Positions 60,071 through 64,000 of a stretch of DNA of 64,000 nt are shown piece by piece. Under the pieces are notes generated by a model, which saw only the letters and a list, made by a program, of their open reading frames with translations, had not been told where the DNA came from and did not search any database. The first letter of the stretch is position 1, and each line of letters begins with the position of its first letter. Source of the stretch: Malacoraja senta (Eukaryota); NCBI GenBank assembly GCA_038087875.1, contig CM075991.1:8682001-8746000 (forward strand), written 5' to 3'. The position numbers and the translations under genes were made by a program.

Positions 60071-60740
60071 TTTCACTTCACTTCTGACCAAAGCTCTTCT
60101 GTACAGTTTTTACAGGGAGCCCGGAGGTCAGCTGTTGCACAAGAGATCCAATCTAACTACAGCAGATCCTGGGGCGTTCAGTCTGATAGCCTGACGGGTG
60201 ATCAGACAATTGCACAGTACTCCTAATACCACCACATCTTCAACCCACTCTTGAATCTTGCAATCCTAGCTAATTTTGTCTGCTACACTTAATAGTTCAA
60301 TTTTCAACATAATGCTTTTGAAACCAAATTAATATGGCCTCATTTTGTTGAAAGCCTTTCAGAAGCACATCAAGTAATTGTCATTGAAATGTATGTATGT
60401 TCTTTATTTCCTCCATTCCACATGCAAACGCTGCAAATTGTTCCTGATTATTACAGAAACAAGCCTATAAAATTCTAATGCTTCTGCCTTGCGACATTTC
60501 ACCCGCTTCTGCAACAAAAACATTTGTCCAATTTTTCAAATTGCCCTTCAATACTTTCAAACAGGACTATTAGCAACAAATAGTTTAGAAAGTAGCAAGG
60601 AAAGCAATGGATTTATCAGACATCCGCTGTCAAATGCAACCAGATTGTTGAAATAAAAAAAAGAATTGTGCCTGCCAGCAGTGTGGTAAAACAAGTCTTA
60701 ACCCGTTAGAAAGAGAACACTAACATTAGCTGTTTCCACC

Positions 60741-60965
60741 CTTCTTTGGTCAGAGGGTGGTGAATCTGTGGAATTCATTGCCACAGACGGCCGTGGAGGC
60801 CAGGTCAATGGATATTTTAATGCGAAGATTGAGAGCTTCTTGATTAGTACAGATGTCAGGGGTCATGGGGAGAAGGCAGGAGAATGGGGTTGAGAGGGAA
60901 AGAGAGATCAGCCTTGATTGAATGGCTGAGTAGACTTGAATGGCCTCATTCTGCTCCTAGAACTT
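60741..60965 (+). mobile_element. CR1/HER1-type LINE 3' end
   Basis: FFGQRVVNLWNSLPQTAVEARSMDI plus 3'UTR. Confidence 0.88.
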
Positions 60966-61399
60966 ACGAGTTTTTAATTGGTCAGTGTAATAGGAGCATT
61001 ACTCTGTATCTCAAGCCTTTTTAAACAGATGACCATTTATACTGATACATCGTTGGATTCTCAGCTGCTGGAATAGTTTGCTTTATCCAGTTCTGTATTT
61101 TTCCCTCAATATTTAATTTGGCTTTGTTCTCGCATTTCAAAGTAGGATGCCAACCTAAGAAAATGATCCTTGTTCTAATTCAAGGGTAGACAAAAGAAGT
61201 AAGACCACCTGATGAAGGGCGCTGACACAAAACATCACCTATGCATGTTCTTCAGAGATACTGCTTCACCTGCTGAGTTACTCCAGCACTTTGAATGTTT
61301 TTTTATGTATAAACCAGCATCTCCTTAATCTTGGACAACTTGGCCACCATCTTCTCACTCATTGTGGTAGACACTTTTACAAGGATAACAATTAATAAC

Positions 61400-61705
61400 C
61401 AGGGCGGCACAGTGGTAGAGTTGCTGCCTTACAGCATCAGAGACCCGGGTTCAGATCCTAACCATGGGTGCTGTCTCTACAGAGTTTATACATTCATCCT
61501 GTGACCACGTGGGTTTTCTCTGGGTATTCCGGTTTCCTCCCACACTCCAAAAATGTGCAGGTTCGTGGCATAATTGGCTTCGGTAAAATTTTAAATTGTC
61601 CCTAGTGTGTAGGATAGTCCTGGTGTTATTTGGGTTGCTCGTCGGTCGGCACTGTCTCGATGGGCTGAAGGGCCTGTTTCCATGCTGTATCTCTAAAGTC
61701 TAAAC
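61400..61705 (+). mobile_element. HE1/V-SINE-type SINE
   Basis: Head-core-tail structure. Confidence 0.87.
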
Positions 61706-61741
61706 AATGTGTACAAGGGCAGATCAGTATGGAATGGAGAG

Positions 61742-61982
61742 ATAGAAACATAGAAAATAGGTGCAGGAGTAGGCCATTCGGCCCTTTCAGCCAGCCCCCC
61801 CATTCAATATGATCATGGCTGATCATCCAAAATCAGTACGCCGTCCCTGCTTTCTCCCCATATCCATTGATTCCGTTAGCCCTAAGAGCTATATCTAACG
61901 CTCTCTTGAATACATCCAGTGAATTGGCCTCCACTGCCTTCCACAGAGATTCACAACTCTCTGGGTGAAAAGGTTTTTACTC
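61742..61982 (-). mobile_element. CR1-type LINE 3' end
   Basis: (CATAGAAA) tail and 3'UTR hairpin in reverse complement. Confidence 0.88.
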
Positions 61983-62987
61983 ATGGAACAGGAGTGACTT
62001 GAAGGGCCGAATGGCCAACTACTTCTCCCATGCTCTTGTCTATGACACCTTCACATTCAACCAGCACCAGAACCACCCAAACGGCATTTCAGAAACTTCC
62101 CCATTGCTGTTGCTAAGCTATGGCTGCCATTCGGAGTACCTGTAGGGGGCAGCACCCTGCTTAGTTAGAGTTGCTGGCACACAGCTCTAGTTACACAGGT
62201 TCAATCCCAACCTCCGGCATTGTCAGTTTGGAATTTGCACCTTAACCAAATGCATTTCCTTTTGAGTGGTTCATTGCCCATCCCCCCCCTCCCCCCCTCC
62301 ACCCATGGACAGGTGTCATTTTGGGTTGGAACTGTTCCCAGTCTGAAGGGTCCAAATCCGAAACACCGCTTGTCCATCCCCTCCACAGATGCAGCCTGAC
62401 CCATCGAGTTCCTCCAGCACATTGCGCTTTGCTCAAGATTCCAGCATCTGCAGTCCCTTGTATTGCAATGATATCCCATTACCAAGAGTCCCTTCGGCCC
62501 TCTAAGTCCATGCTGATCACCAACTGCCACAGTACACATGGAGGACGAACCATTTAGGGATGGTATGTAATTGGGAGTTGTGATCCATTCTTGTCCCAGC
62601 CACTGAAGAAGACAAAGCGCTCTCCACCTTTAATGAAGGACATTTTGTTGGCAGACCTGCCTTTGCTCCTCGCATGAATGAGCAGCAACAAGAATCTTTG
62701 GGACACTGCGGACTCCGTGAAGAATCTTGTGATACAACAGGCTGGCTGGTGGCCAACAGTTTTGAAGGGAACTGCTGGTTTGCCTTTCAGAGAGTCTTAG
62801 ACAGCAGTTGAAGGCATTCGGAAGTCAATGATGTGAAGGCAGATGTCTTCTCTGTAGCTGGGATCACCATGAACTGAGCGCAGCACACTGAAGTTGGCAT
62901 TGCATCTGGTTTAGTGTAAGTTTAGAGACAGGACCAGGACATTCAGCCCACCAAGTCTGCCCCTGACCAGCAATCCCCACACACTTA

Positions 62988-63317
62988 TGGCCCTGTCCCA
63001 CGGTACGAGTTCATTCCAAGAGCTCTTCCGGGTTTGCCCTGATTCGAACTCGGAGATTTACGGCAATGGCCGCTCGTCGGTACTCGGGGCTCTCGTGGAC
63101 ATTTTTCAACGTGTTGAAAAATCTTCACGAGTCTTCCCGAGCTTACCTGCCGTTAGCGAGTCTTCCCGAGTACCTGCCGTTAGCGTTACGAGCCGCTAAG
63201 AGACGTCCCCGAGCTCCGACGTACCCGCTACGTTCATTCTCCGTGCTTACCACGAGTTTGATTGTTTTTAAACTCGGGAGAGCTCTTGGAATGAACTCGT
63301 ACTGTGGGACAGGGCCA
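62988..63317. mobile_element. PIF/Harbinger-type MITE inserted in an HE1 SINE (62910-63515, minus)
   Basis: TIR TGGCCCTGTCCCAC.GTACGAGTTCATTCCAAGAG; TTA/TAA flanks; 330 bp, nearly the same as 12410-12739. Confidence 0.92.
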
Positions 63318-63519
63318 TAAGACTATCCTAACTAGGGACAATTTACAATTTTACCAAGCCAATTAACCAACAAACCTGTACATCTTTGGAGTGTGGGAGG
63401 AAACCGGAGAAAACCCAAGCATGTCAGGGGAAAACGTCCAGACAGCACCTGTAGTCAGGATCAAACCCAGGTCTCTGGCGCTGTAAGACAGCAACTCTAC
63501 CGCTACACCAGTGCGCTGT

Positions 63520-63770
63520 CATGGGAGCAGAATTAGGCCATTCAGCCCATCAAGTCTATCTGCCATTCAATCATGGCTGATCTATCTCTCCCTCCTAACC
63601 CCATTCTCCTGCCTTTTCCCCATAACTCCCGACACCCGTACTAATCAAACATCCATCAATCTCTGCGTTAAATATACCCCTTGGCCTCCACAGCCTTCTG
63701 TGGCAATGAATTCCACAGATTCACCACCGACTAAAGAAATTCCTCCACATCTCCTTTCTTAAAGGTACGT
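63520..63770 (-). mobile_element. CR1/HER1-type LINE 3' end
   Basis: Same subfamily as 1999-2298. Confidence 0.85.
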
Positions 63771-64000
63771 CAAAATCCAAAATTAAACAGAACATCATAA
63801 CTCACTGTGTTTCGTCAGAAGCTCACACTTGTTGAGGAACTCAATGACCACACTACTTACCCTGCAAGGGGAAACCGCAAGGATCACTATTACAGCCAAG
63901 CCATTCTGTATTTCTAGAACTTTCTGTCCGTCTAGAATCCAGCTGTTTGGAATTTGACCGAGGGACCAGCTGCAAATATTGATTACCAAGGGAGTGTCTC

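Noticed and set aside
62517..62900. Non-repetitive-looking ORF-rich stretch
   Set aside because: No recognisable protein in any frame and no convincing splice sites

Overview
Eukaryotic, repeat-saturated non-coding DNA (intron or intergenic), almost certainly from a cartilaginous fish, probably a skate or ray. This is inferred from about 30 copies or fragments of an HE1/V-SINE-type tRNA-derived SINE plus many HER1/CR1-type LINE 3' fragments. I cannot recognise any host protein-coding gene, rRNA, true tRNA gene or CRISPR array. Every long ORF in the track is explained by microsatellites, CR1/Rex1/RTE LINE remnants or GC-rich repeats. Other mobile DNA includes Penelope-like (PLE) remnants with a decayed GIY-YIG endonuclease, more than 20 short PLE-terminus-derived units carrying a hammerhead-ribozyme-like core (often fold-back, many with 13-17 bp target-site duplications), 11 PIF/Harbinger-type MITE copies sharing one TIR, 2 hAT-type MITEs, 2 solo LTRs, a Deu-SINE remnant and one teleost-AFC-like CORE-SINE. 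The most interesting items are (i) a hammerhead-bearing fold-back mini-retroelement whose identical composite junction recurs three times, suggesting it spreads as a unit, (ii) a possible horizontally acquired SINE, and (iii) a conserved internal palindrome across divergent Harbinger MITE families. A few weak exon candidates lie on the minus strand. Family names come from recalled consensus features, not database searches. Boundaries of degenerate copies are approximate (roughly +/-10-30 bp).
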